A stretch of 64,000 nt of DNA from Candidatus Enterousia sp. (GTDB lineage: Bacteria > Pseudomonadota > Alphaproteobacteria > Rs-D84). The notes under the pieces are model-generated. The model was not told where the DNA came from. It did no database searches and saw nothing but the letters and a program-made list of their open reading frames with translations. The DNA lies in assembly GCA_045645645.1 (NCBI GenBank), contig JAZRJE010000007.1:34735-98734 (forward strand), in the 5' to 3' direction. The position numbers and the translations under genes are program-made. This document shows, piece by piece, positions 38,742 through 48,297 of the stretch (the first letter of the stretch is position 1; each line of letters opens with the position of its first letter).

Positions 38742-39601
38742 AAATATCTGTGATTGGTGCTGGTGCGTGGGGGACTGCGTTGGCGATTGTGTCTGCACGT
38801 GGTGGCGCAGATGTTATATTGTGGTCTTATGATGGTGACTACAAGCAATTTGATGGTGTTGAAATGCCAACAAATATAACTGTAACCAAAGAAATGTCAG
38901 ATGTTCGTAACAGTGATGCATGGTTGATTGTTACGCCTGCCGCCTTTTTTCGCGAGACAATTCGCAAAGCTCGTGAATTTTATACATCGCAGCCAATAAT
39001 CATCTGTACCAAGGGCGCAGAAAGTTCTACTGGTGCATTCACATCAGAAATGTTGCGTGATGAGTTACCAGAATGTAAACATTATGGTGTTTTGTCTGGG
39101 CCACAATTTGCAGCAGAAGTTGCCACAGGAATTCCAACAGGTTCCACATTAGCTGGTACAGAAAAGGCGGTAAAAATAGGAAGACAAATATTAAATAAAC
39201 TGTATCTCGAAGAAAGCGATGATGTCATTGGTGCAGAAATTTGTGGTATGGGTAAGAATGCAGTTGCTTTGATATGTGGATATAATTCTGTTGCGTGTCG
39301 TGGTGAAAACGACAGGGCATTATTGTTTACCCGCGCTTGGAATGAGGTTACAGATCTTGGGTTGGCATCAGGTGCGAAAACACGCACGTTTTTGCAGTTG
39401 TGTGGAATAGGTGATTTGTTTTTATCGGCAACATCACCGACCAGTCGAAATTATTCGGGCGGTATGGCAATAGCCATGGGCAATCCGCCTGCTGGTACAG
39501 TAGAAGGTCTGTTTGCATTAGGTGGATTGATTGCGCGCGCACGTGCATTAAGTGTGTCAACACCTATTTTATGTGAAATGCGTGATAAGATGGGGTTATA
39601 A
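38738..39601 (+). CDS. gpsA: NAD(P)H-dependent glycerol-3-phosphate dehydrogenase
   Basis: IGAGAWGTALA, TKG, LSGPQFA, GKNAVA, GIGDLFLSATSPTSRNY. Confidence 0.93.
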   Translation: MKISVIGAGAWGTALAIVSARGGADVILWSYDGDYKQFDGVEMPTNITVTKEMSDVRNSDAWLIVTPAAFFRETIRKAREFYTSQPIIICTKGAESSTGAFTSEMLRDELPECKHYGVLSGPQFAAEVATGIPTGSTLAGTEKAVKIGRQILNKLYLEESDDVIGAEICGMGKNAVALICGYNSVACRGENDRALLFTRAWNEVTDLGLASGAKTRTFLQLCGIGDLFLSATSPTSRNYSGGMAIAMGNPPAGTVEGLFALGGLIARARALSVSTPILCEMRDKMGL

Positions 39602-39626
39602 AAAAACTGGCGTTTGCCAGTTTTTT
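39601..39626. terminator. Bidirectional terminator (gpsA / infC)
   Basis: A6-CTGGC-gttt-GCCAG-T6. Confidence 0.82.
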
Positions 39627-40182
39627 ATTTTGATGTCTTTACAGGTGCGACGATTATTGATTTTGTTCGTTCATCAGGTTTTGATTTCGATTCTAATGTA
39701 CCGCGATCGCCAATAACATCCATAATACGTGCAAACAATTCAGGCACAGCATCTTTACCACGTGCTAAAACCTTTTTTGAACCTTTTGTCATAACAGCGA
39801 TTTTAACCTTATTGCCGTCACCCAAAAATTCCAAAACTTTTTTCATTTTTATATTCAGGTCGTTTTCTTCGATAAATGGTTTGACCCAAACTTCTTTCAT
39901 TTCAGTAGTTTTTTGGTGTTTTTTTGCTTCTGATGCACGCTTTTTCTGTTCATATTTAAATTTGCCATAGTCCATAATTTTAGTAATAGGCGTTGGACCA
40001 TTTGCATTCATTTCGACTAAATCCAATCCCATATCTTGGGCCAATGCAATTGCGTTAGCAGTTGGCATAATTCCCAGATTTTGGCCATCTGCACTAATTA
40101 CTTGAACGGATTTAGCAAAAATCCGATTATTCATACGTGGGCCGACATCGCGGCGATTGTCACGATTTAAAGTTGGTTTAAT
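39625..40182 (-). CDS. infC: Translation initiation factor IF-3 (ATT start codon)
   Basis: GLDLVE, KIMDYGKFKYE, FLGDGNKVK. In-frame ATT 16 codons upstream of the tracked ATG, 6 nt after an AGGAG SD. Confidence 0.92.
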   Translation of the reverse strand: MKPTLNRDNRRDVGPRMNNRIFAKSVQVISADGQNLGIMPTANAIALAQDMGLDLVEMNANGPTPITKIMDYGKFKYEQKKRASEAKKHQKTTEMKEVWVKPFIEENDLNIKMKKVLEFLGDGNKVKIAVMTKGSKKVLARGKDAVPELFARIMDVIGDRGTLESKSKPDERTKSIIVAPVKTSK

Positions 40183-40219
40183 TTTAAGCTCCTTTTATAA
40201 ACTATGGCGAAATTATTAA

Positions 40220-40993
40220 CTATTTTGAAGCACTTTTCAACAAGTTTTGAATATTTTGCAAAGCGTTCCATACGTCACGCTTTGCGGCTGGCTTCAAAAT
40301 CAGGTAGTTTGGATGATATATAGGCAACACAATTGTACCATTTTCCAGTGTTACTGATATGCCATGATCACGTCCTAGATTTATTTTTGCCAGCTCCATC
40401 GCAGGCAAAGTACCTAGCGTTAATATTATCTGTGGATTTAATAACTCTAAAGCTCGATTAACAAATGGCCTTGCTAAATCTATTTCCTCACGTGTTGGTG
40501 TGCGACCACCAGGGGTGCGCCAAAACAGCATTGGCATAATAGATACGTTATCGCGCGACATTCCGATTGCAGTCAACATTTTATCCATCAGTTCCCCATT
40601 GGCACCTGTTAAAATCTGACCAATTGCATCATCGTCAGCACTTGGTATATCTGTAACAATAATCATACCATTAGGTTTTGATGCAATATGTATTGGTACA
40701 ACATTTGTTGCGATCATTCGTAATGGGTGTTTAAATTCAGAAATCATGCGGTTTAATGCATATAAATCAACGGGACGCATCGCCATCGAAGTGGCCATTT
40801 CTACAGACATTGGGCTAGATGGTGCAATTGGTGGTACAACATATGTTGCAGTACGTGTCGGATCATTACTATTAGCCTGTTTTTTTTGTGTCTGACTATT
40901 TCGTTCTATTACACCCGCACGAACAAGTGGAATATCAGACAATTCCCATTTTACGCCAGCTAAAACTAAATCTTGTAAAGAACGATATCCCAT
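40220..40993 (-). CDS. Uracil-DNA glycosylase family 4-like protein with degenerate catalytic motifs
   Basis: GELMDKML, WRTPGGRTPT..E, PQIILTLG, YHPNYL...KRDVW; TDIPS in place of GEAPG. Confidence 0.75.
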   Translation of the reverse strand: MGYRSLQDLVLAGVKWELSDIPLVRAGVIERNSQTQKKQANSNDPTRTATYVVPPIAPSSPMSVEMATSMAMRPVDLYALNRMISEFKHPLRMIATNVVPIHIASKPNGMIIVTDIPSADDDAIGQILTGANGELMDKMLTAIGMSRDNVSIMPMLFWRTPGGRTPTREEIDLARPFVNRALELLNPQIILTLGTLPAMELAKINLGRDHGISVTLENGTIVLPIYHPNYLILKPAAKRDVWNALQNIQNLLKSASK

Positions 40994-41070
40994 ATTTGTT
41001 TTTCCTTGATTTTTCAAAACTTTGCTTGTAGAATAGAACACGAGCAACAGAAACTCAAGGGAGTATTTTC

Positions 41071-41487
41071 ATGAAAATTAAAAACTTTGCTATCTTGGCT
41101 GGTGTTGCAGGCATGTTGGCCGCATGCGGCGGTTCCAGCATTGTCGAACCAGCTGATTTAAATGAACAGCGTGTTTTCTTTGCGTTCAATTCTTCTGAAA
41201 TTTCCGAAGATGCGAAAAACAACCTGTTAGGTCAGGCTTTGTATATGAAAAATCACGAAGATGTTAATATCCAAATTGCAGGAAATTGTGACGAACGTGG
41301 TTCAACAGAATACAACTTGGCATTGGGTGCAAAACGTGCAAACGCTGCAAAAGAAGTTATCGTAAATGATGGCGTATGTGCAAAACGTATTTCTACCATA
41401 TCTTATGGCAAGGAACGTCCATTGGTTCAAGGTACAGGTGAAAAAGTCTGGAAATGGAATCGTAACGCCACAACAACAGTTAAATAA
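41071..41487 (+). CDS. pal: Peptidoglycan-associated lipoprotein
   Basis: Lipobox LAAC, GNCDERGSTEYNLALGAKRAN, ISYGKERP. Confidence 0.95.
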   Translation: MKIKNFAILAGVAGMLAACGGSSIVEPADLNEQRVFFAFNSSEISEDAKNNLLGQALYMKNHEDVNIQIAGNCDERGSTEYNLALGAKRANAAKEVIVNDGVCAKRISTISYGKERPLVQGTGEKVWKWNRNATTTVK

Positions 41488-41500
41488 TTATTGTTGTAAT

Positions 41501-41528
41501 AAAAATCCCGCCAAATGGCGGGTTTTTT
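41501..41528. terminator. Bidirectional terminator (pal / sspB)
   Basis: A5-TCCCGCC-aaat-GGCGGG-T6. Confidence 0.8.
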
Positions 41529-41534
41529 ATTAGT

Positions 41535-41996
41535 TTATTTTTTGTTTTTTCTGAATTCATCCAATGATACGATTCGTCCATCATCAGGAACAGTTCCTGG
41601 TTTTTCGTCCAACGGTAATTCCATATCGTTATCTGGTGCAACTTGGTTTTTTGGATGAAAAGATAGCATAAAATCTACGGATGGATCTTTGAATTCAACC
41701 AGTGACGAAAACGGTACACGAATAAAGAATGGGCGGCCGTCAAAAGTCAACTGAACACCAAATTCTTTATCAGATACATTCAAATTATTATAAGAGTACT
41801 GCAGAACAATCGTCATTATATCAGGATAACGCATACGTAAAAAGTCTGGCAATACGACACCTGCGTCACGTGTTTTAAAGGTGATAAAAAAGTGTGTGTT
41901 ATCACCCAACCCATTAACCTGGGCATGAATTAATGCATCTTTTACAACAGATTTTAATGCATTGTCTAGTAATGTTTGATAATCAATACGTGCCAT
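41535..41996 (-). CDS. sspB: Alphaproteobacterial SspB (ClpXP adaptor)
   Basis: HFFITFKT, YPDIMTIVLQ, LTFDG, VPFSSL..F.DPSV.F, C-terminal VSLDEFRK. Confidence 0.87.
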   Translation of the reverse strand: MARIDYQTLLDNALKSVVKDALIHAQVNGLGDNTHFFITFKTRDAGVVLPDFLRMRYPDIMTIVLQYSYNNLNVSDKEFGVQLTFDGRPFFIRVPFSSLVEFKDPSVDFMLSFHPKNQVAPDNDMELPLDEKPGTVPDDGRIVSLDEFRKNKK

Positions 41997-41997
41997 A

Positions 41998-43080
41998 TTA
42001 TTTCTCCGCCCCCAGTATATTATTTATTTGACCATTTATGCAAGTGACAAATACTGCATCAGGAACATCTTTGAATACGTCAATTTCTAAGCCTGTTGCC
42101 CAAACCTGGGCGTGTGCTTCGCCCAGATCTTGAAATAACTTTTTTCGTGCTTTCATATCCAGATGTGCTGCGGCTTCATCCAAAAGAATTAATGGTTCTG
42201 CGCCTGTTTTAATATTTATAAGCTTTGCATGTGCTAAAATTAAGTCTAACAGAATAGTTTTTTGCTGACCTGTACTGGTTAAGTGTGCTGGCATTTTTAA
42301 TTCATTATTAAAAACGCCGAAATCCGATTTGTGTGGACCATCTAGTACCATTTTATCTCCGACCAGCTCACGTGTATTATATAGGTATTCCATATATGCA
42401 CGTTCTGCATCACCAGCTGACATTCCATCTATAATCATCTGTTCTATTTTGCCAGATACCGAAATGGCACATCGTGACAAAAAGTAATTTAATTGTCCTG
42501 CATATTGTATACGTGACGAAGCAACTGCGACAGCAATGCCAGCGATTTGACTGTCTAATGCATCCAGCCAATGTTTATCTGCGCTGGACTTTAATGCAAA
42601 TCCGCGTTCCGACAGCAGTTTAGAAAGACGTGCGACACGACCATTATGTGTGGTATCAAATGCACCAGCCAGTCTATCAAAAAAAATTCTACGTTCCGCA
42701 GCACTATCAACAAACAGCCTGTCTTCGCGTGGTGTTAACCAAATCATTCGCAGATGTTTATTTAATTCTGCCAATGTTGCACTATCGCCATTTATTTTTG
42801 TGCGTCGATTAGTATCCCCAGAATTAAAATAAACAGAAATGTCTGTTTCATCGGCCAATGTTGAAAAAACTGAAAATCCGCCACTGCCACCAAAACGGCT
42901 TATTTCATTCATAGGTGCATTGCGCATACCACGATCGCCAGATAACATAGATACAGCTTCTAATATAGCTGTTTTTCCAGCACCATTCGGACCTGTGACA
43001 ATTATATTGCGTCGATTATTTGTAATAATGCGACATGCGCTGTGATTACGAAAATCGGTTAAACTTAATATATTTATCAT
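41998..43080 (-). CDS. recF: DNA replication and repair protein RecF
   Basis: LTDFRN, GPNGAGKTAILEAVS, RRIFFDRL, STGQQK, LLDEAAAHLD. Confidence 0.94.
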   Translation of the reverse strand: MINILSLTDFRNHSACRIITNNRRNIIVTGPNGAGKTAILEAVSMLSGDRGMRNAPMNEISRFGGSGGFSVFSTLADETDISVYFNSGDTNRRTKINGDSATLAELNKHLRMIWLTPREDRLFVDSAAERRIFFDRLAGAFDTTHNGRVARLSKLLSERGFALKSSADKHWLDALDSQIAGIAVAVASSRIQYAGQLNYFLSRCAISVSGKIEQMIIDGMSAGDAERAYMEYLYNTRELVGDKMVLDGPHKSDFGVFNNELKMPAHLTSTGQQKTILLDLILAHAKLINIKTGAEPLILLDEAAAHLDMKARKKLFQDLGEAHAQVWATGLEIDVFKDVPDAVFVTCINGQINNILGAEK

Positions 43081-44190
43081 TTAATTTTTTTTCTTAGCAT
43101 TATTAAGGCGCAACTGTCCACAAGCAGAACCAATATCTGTGCCACGTTCACGACGAATTCTTGTGTGAATTCCATTTTTTATTAAAATATCTTGGAATCT
43201 ATGAACTGCGTTTCCAGATGGTGCAGCAAAGTCACGTTCATCAACAGCATTCCATGGAATAAGATTAACCATACAATTTTTATCATGTAATAAACATGAT
43301 AGTTTTTCTGCGAATTCTGGTGTAGCATTGTATAAAACTGTTTCTCCATTTTCATCATAACGTCCCAACAAAATATATTCGATCATCAGCTGACGGTTAT
43401 GTGTATCTGTGAAACGCCATGCTGCATCCATTACGTCTGAAAGCTTATATTTGTTATTTATCGGCATTATCTGAGACCGCAATTCGTCTGTTGGTGCATG
43501 CAAGGAAATAGCAAGATTAATTGGGCGTCCCCATTCAATAAGTCTTTCAATTCCTGGAACAATACCACACGTTGAAACAGTTATTCTTCGCCATCCAATA
43601 CCCATTTCATGATTTGCACGTTCAATAAAATCAATTACATTCTCTGTATTCTGCAATGGTTCACCAGTACCCATAATTACAATATGTGAAACATCATTGT
43701 TATTTGCATCACCATTTGGTCTAATTGATTTTTCGCTAAAATTATCATTGCGTAATTCCCATTGTGCAACCAAAATTTGTGCAAAAATCTCATTTGCTGT
43801 CAGGTTGCGTTTCAGACCCAGTAAAGTGCTGGCACAAAACTTGCATCCCATTGCACATCCTGCTTGGGAACTTACGCAGACACTATTACCATATGTTGTA
43901 CGCATTAAAACGCATTCAATTTGTTCCCCATCGGTCAATTCCAGTAAGAATTTAGTAGTTTCGCCATCAGAAGACACAAGTTTCTTGATTGTTTTTACAG
44001 GCAGTGTCTGAGCAGAATTATCCAAGTCTCGACGTAAAACATCGGGTAGATTTTTCATAGATGCAAAATCTGGTGCCCCACGCATCAGCCATTCACGAAT
44101 TTGTTTTGCACGAAACTTTGGCTGTCCCAGTCCAATGATAAATTCTGTTAGTTCTGCATCTGAAAAATTAAATAAAATATTTTTTTTCAT
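43081..44190 (-). CDS. rlmN: 23S rRNA/tRNA m2A methyltransferase RlmN
   Basis: CVSSQAGCAMGCKFC, MGTGEP, ISLHAP, NLIPWN, ACGQL. Confidence 0.95.
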   Translation of the reverse strand: MKKNILFNFSDAELTEFIIGLGQPKFRAKQIREWLMRGAPDFASMKNLPDVLRRDLDNSAQTLPVKTIKKLVSSDGETTKFLLELTDGEQIECVLMRTTYGNSVCVSSQAGCAMGCKFCASTLLGLKRNLTANEIFAQILVAQWELRNDNFSEKSIRPNGDANNNDVSHIVIMGTGEPLQNTENVIDFIERANHEMGIGWRRITVSTCGIVPGIERLIEWGRPINLAISLHAPTDELRSQIMPINNKYKLSDVMDAAWRFTDTHNRQLMIEYILLGRYDENGETVLYNATPEFAEKLSCLLHDKNCMVNLIPWNAVDERDFAAPSGNAVHRFQDILIKNGIHTRIRRERGTDIGSACGQLRLNNAKKKN

Positions 44191-44192
44191 AA

Positions 44193-45011
44193 TTATAATT
44201 TATACCTGTTATCATTAATTACAATTACTGCTTTGCGACGCAGTTGTTTTAATTGTTGGTCTGCTTGAAACATTGCAGATTTAAAAATGGCATTTTGTTT
44301 TATGATCTGGTCAAGATCGCCATATTCATCAGTTTTTTTTGTATCGCAAACCAACAACACATTTCCATCTTTACGTTGTGACCATGTTAATATTTTCAGT
44401 CCAACAATACGTTCACGAACGTCTTGTGATAATTCATACTGCAGTGCGGTAATTTTTTGTGGCGCACCTCCTAAATCTTCTGCGATTTTGATTGCTTCAT
44501 CACAAGACTTAGGTTTTGCCAGTTTTTTTGCAACTTCTTCTGGAATATCGATCAGCCTTATAATTGTCATCTCTATTGGTAAACCATGTTCTACAGACAA
44601 GCTATTTTTTTCTGCGTTGATTTCTTCATCGGTTACATCAATTGTTGGCACGATTGTACGTGCAACTAATACCTGCCATGCGATTTCTGATTTCAAAGCA
44701 CTGCGTGCCATGTCGCGTTCTGCAGCAGACAAATCGCCAAGTTTCATTTTATTTAATTCTTTTTCAACATCTTCATCGCTGGGGACTGTGCCAAAGCTAG
44801 CTGCGTGTGCCAATTTAACTGCATCGTCAATTATAGCATTTAAAGCCACACGGCGATTATCAGATGAGGTTTTCCCTTGTTTTGCCATCAAAGTGGTTCT
44901 TGAAGTTATGTCTGTATCTGTGATTGGTGTGCCGTTAATTGTTGCGATAACTGACGCGCCATATGCAGGCAGGGCACAAAGAACCGATAAACATATAAAC
45001 CATTTTTTCAT
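44193..45011 (-). CDS. surA: SurA-like periplasmic chaperone
   Basis: Signal peptide, IATING..IT..DI, C-terminal QLRRKAVI; follows lptD. Confidence 0.75.
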   Translation of the reverse strand: MKKWFICLSVLCALPAYGASVIATINGTPITDTDITSRTTLMAKQGKTSSDNRRVALNAIIDDAVKLAHAASFGTVPSDEDVEKELNKMKLGDLSAAERDMARSALKSEIAWQVLVARTIVPTIDVTDEEINAEKNSLSVEHGLPIEMTIIRLIDIPEEVAKKLAKPKSCDEAIKIAEDLGGAPQKITALQYELSQDVRERIVGLKILTWSQRKDGNVLLVCDTKKTDEYGDLDQIIKQNAIFKSAMFQADQQLKQLRRKAVIVINDNRYKL

Positions 45012-45031
45012 ATTTTTCTTCCTTTCAGATG

Positions 45032-47059
45032 TTAATATCGTTGGCCATTTATACTCATGCCAAATCTAAATTGGAATGTTGTATTCCCGATATAGTCTTC
45101 TTTGACAGCATTATCATGTTGATATTCAATAGATAAATAATAACAAGGATGTTCGTAAAACAATCCTCCTGTATGACGATGGAAGTCATCAATTGTCATA
45201 TTATAAATACCATTCCAGCGCAAAGACCAACGTGCAGAAAGTTGCAATCCAACCCCAATAACCGCTTCGTTGATATTATCTTCACGTGCCTGCGTTTCTT
45301 TAAATTGTTGTGACCAAATATGTCCCAATGTCAGAAAGTTCCGATAGCTTCCCAAGCGTGCCTTTGTTTCCATGTGTCTTAACGATAAATCATCTCTGTC
45401 CAGGCGGAAACGGCTGGCTATTCTGAACCATTTATTATTATTGTATCCAAAGCGTCCCACATAATCAGATGCGCCATGGTGGTATCCGCTATTTATGTCT
45501 AATGTATCTGCACGATCAGTGAAATCATAAGATTGGCCTAAGAATATCTCAGCTGTTTTTCCGTTAATATTGTTAAACGTTGCCCAACGCACACCATAGT
45601 CTGCAAATGTTCCATTTTCCCATAGATCATAACCAGAAAAACGGTTATCTGAAAACAGGGTTGAATCTGACAAGAATGTACCAGCAGAATCATTGTTAAG
45701 TCCAAATTGCTCTTCTTCTGTTCTTCGCATGATAGTTATACGAGCACGCGGTTCTATGACTTGTGTCCATTTTTTTGATGGTCGAAACAGTGGTAATCCC
45801 CATTCAGCATATCCGCTGGGCAGGAAACGATTCTTAAACCCAGAAAAGTTAGTCTGGTCAATCAGTTCAGAATTATCAAAATGGTATAAATCATAACGTG
45901 CATCCAAACTTAATGTCAGTCGATTTCCCCCCCACAACGTCCATGGTGACACGATACGTGCATCACCGGTCATGCGTTGTGAAGACATATTATCACCAGA
46001 AACGCCTAAAATATCTGCGATAAAAGTCATATATGTTTCTTTAAAAAGTGGGTTTGTCTGATATACACCACGTATATTTGGTAAAATGTTGCCACTAGGT
46101 TGTGTATTTGTTCCATAGTATACAGATCGCATTTCCTGGAAAATGTGAGCGTCTGCCACGGCATAAGATGATTGTCCAAATATCTCAATTTTTGCGCCAG
46201 AATCCAAATAAGGTTGATCGCTATAAAAACCATACTTTTGCAGATAAGTCTTATCAGATGCGCGTTGTAAAAATATGGTTGCGTGTGCGTTGTTACCTAA
46301 TTCGATAACATCATCGTTAAATATATGCCAGCGGCTTTCACCTTCTTTATTGTATGTATAAGATCCCTGTGTTCTAAATTCTGAATGTGGTGCATTTAAT
46401 CGGTGTTCCAGTTTAAACAAAGGATTTTCTTTGGTCAGATATGCCGTTGTCAGTGTCATATCATGAGTGTCAGAAAAATTAATATATAATGGCAGATTTA
46501 TCTGGGTTCCCATTTTATTAGTAGATGCAAAATCAGGTGTCAAAAAACCTGTTTTATACTTTACCCCAGGATCTGGCATTTCGAAAAAAGGCAACCATAA
46601 AACAGGTACATTATACGTCCACAAAACAGGACTATAAAAACGCAACATGCGTTCATCCATTTTGTATACAATTTTATATGTTGAAATTTTCCATGCGTCT
46701 CCAAAACTGTCACAATTATCACAGGCTGTAAATATTGCATCACGTGCCACTGTTGTGTTACCTGTGCGTTCAACGTTTTCAGATTCTATATACACATGAT
46801 CGCCAATCCACAATCTGATATCATCGCCTGTTAAATTATCACCATTTTGTGAAATATAAGAATCAACCAGTGTCATTCTTTGACCTGATTTATTTGTTAT
46901 TTCTGTTTTTCCAGATGTTTTTATAACAGAGCTTTTTAAATCGTATTCAATTTTATCTGCTGTAATAGTTTTTGGTTCGTTTGTGTTTATTGACAGACTG
47001 GCAACTGCTGTATAACCAGATATTAAATACAAACTTAAAACAAAGAGTGTTTTTTTCAT
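45032..47059 (-). CDS. lptD: LPS assembly outer membrane protein LptD (OstA)
   Basis: Signal peptide, ITADKIEY, FTACDNC, KTGFLTPDF, IIEPR-like IEPR, FSGYDLWE, CYYLSIEY. Confidence 0.9.
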   Translation of the reverse strand: MKKTLFVLSLYLISGYTAVASLSINTNEPKTITADKIEYDLKSSVIKTSGKTEITNKSGQRMTLVDSYISQNGDNLTGDDIRLWIGDHVYIESENVERTGNTTVARDAIFTACDNCDSFGDAWKISTYKIVYKMDERMLRFYSPVLWTYNVPVLWLPFFEMPDPGVKYKTGFLTPDFASTNKMGTQINLPLYINFSDTHDMTLTTAYLTKENPLFKLEHRLNAPHSEFRTQGSYTYNKEGESRWHIFNDDVIELGNNAHATIFLQRASDKTYLQKYGFYSDQPYLDSGAKIEIFGQSSYAVADAHIFQEMRSVYYGTNTQPSGNILPNIRGVYQTNPLFKETYMTFIADILGVSGDNMSSQRMTGDARIVSPWTLWGGNRLTLSLDARYDLYHFDNSELIDQTNFSGFKNRFLPSGYAEWGLPLFRPSKKWTQVIEPRARITIMRRTEEEQFGLNNDSAGTFLSDSTLFSDNRFSGYDLWENGTFADYGVRWATFNNINGKTAEIFLGQSYDFTDRADTLDINSGYHHGASDYVGRFGYNNNKWFRIASRFRLDRDDLSLRHMETKARLGSYRNFLTLGHIWSQQFKETQAREDNINEAVIGVGLQLSARWSLRWNGIYNMTIDDFHRHTGGLFYEHPCYYLSIEYQHDNAVKEDYIGNTTFQFRFGMSINGQRY

Positions 47060-48114
47060 TTTTTAGCCAGTATACCAAATATTACAATTAACAATAAAAC
47101 CTCAATTCCTGCCAGGATAGCAAAACCAGTAATGCTGCGTATCATATTAGAACCAGACATAAACAGGGCCATAACAACTGCCATAGACGCAACTGCAATT
47201 GCGGGTGCAAAACTGGTCCGACGCCGTAGCAACGATGCACGCAACAATATACAAACACACAATGCTGCTAAAACCAGGTTCATAAATGGCATTAAGATAC
47301 GATTAGATAATTCTGTTAATACGGTTTTATGACGCTTCATATCAGGCGAATCTAATACGGACTTAATCAATATATCTGTTGGTATGCGACGAACACGATA
47401 AGAAGAACTTGAACTTTTTTCTACGATATTCAAATCCATATCAAATGTATCAAATGTTCCAGTTACCATTGAACTGCCAGTTGCCTGTAATGATCCGTTG
47501 TTCATTACAATCGACAGTCCACGTGGTGTAGAAATTAATTTACCTTTTTCTGCAAATATTGTTTGCCAACTATCATTTTCACGTTTGTCAGACAGCATGA
47601 CCTGGGCCAGATCGTGACCAGAAACTTTGTCTACATACACGACCAACCCGTCGTTCAATTCAGTAAATGCACCTTCTTGTAATTTCATATGTGCCATACC
47701 ATAGCGTAAATTCCACTGTGTGTCATAGAATTTAGCTTGCGTAACAGGTACAAGCCATGTGCTTAGCAGTAAATGCAATGCTGTCAGCACAGAAGCAAAA
47801 ATCAATGCTGGCATTGCAAGCTGTCGTGGTGATATTCCAGATGCCGCCATAACAGTAATTTCATTGTCAGCAATCATTTTATTGTATATAAAGATCACAG
47901 CTATGAATGTAACAAATGGGACAATAATCGACATAATAAAAGGAATCATCATTGCTGTCATACCGATAAAACTACCCAAATCAACGCCATAGTTTAATAA
48001 AAACTTCATCATAGACATGATTTGAACCATCCATGCCAGTCCTGTTAATACCAGCAACAGCATAATAAATATTGCGATTAATTGTCGCGAAAAGTACTTA
48101 CTAATAATCTTCAT
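47056..48114 (-). CDS. lptF: LPS export permease, LptF/LptG family
   Basis: KYFSRQ + TM, DNEITVMAASGIS, EGAFTEL; six TM segments; start placed at MKII after TTGACG-17-TATACT. Confidence 0.85.
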   Translation of the reverse strand: MKIISKYFSRQLIAIFIMLLLVLTGLAWMVQIMSMMKFLLNYGVDLGSFIGMTAMMIPFIMSIIVPFVTFIAVIFIYNKMIADNEITVMAASGISPRQLAMPALIFASVLTALHLLLSTWLVPVTQAKFYDTQWNLRYGMAHMKLQEGAFTELNDGLVVYVDKVSGHDLAQVMLSDKRENDSWQTIFAEKGKLISTPRGLSIVMNNGSLQATGSSMVTGTFDTFDMDLNIVEKSSSSSYRVRRIPTDILIKSVLDSPDMKRHKTVLTELSNRILMPFMNLVLAALCVCILLRASLLRRRTSFAPAIAVASMAVVMALFMSGSNMIRSITGFAILAGIEVLLLIVIFGILAKK

Positions 48115-48179
48115 TACGTGCATAAGTATAAAGCCCAAAAATCAAACCGTCAAATAAATAAAGCATTTTTAAATTTTTC

Positions 48180-48207
48180 TTGATTTTATACGAATCGTCT
48201 TTATAAT
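48180..48207 (+). promoter_or_regulatory. sigma70-type promoter for nusA-infB
   Basis: TTGATT-16bp-TATAAT. Confidence 0.6.
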
Positions 48208-48235
48208 ACACAGTGTTCTTAAACGAGTTTTTAAG

Positions 48236-48262
48236 GGCGGGGTTGAAAGAACCCCGCCTTTT
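48236..48262 (+). terminator. Terminator-like hairpin in the nusA 5' leader
   Basis: GGCGGGGTT-gaaag-AACCCCGCC-TTTT, between the promoter and the SD. Confidence 0.7.
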
Positions 48263-48297
48263 AATAAGACATCTAAACAAGCTAAGGAGTAAAACAA

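Noticed and set aside
44287-45069. Long antisense ORFs (260 aa here; also 17017-17586, 24576-25184, 30660-31280, 49762-50406)
   Set aside because: Shadow frames opposite well-supported genes, with S/F/I-rich composition typical of reverse-complement codons and no motifs
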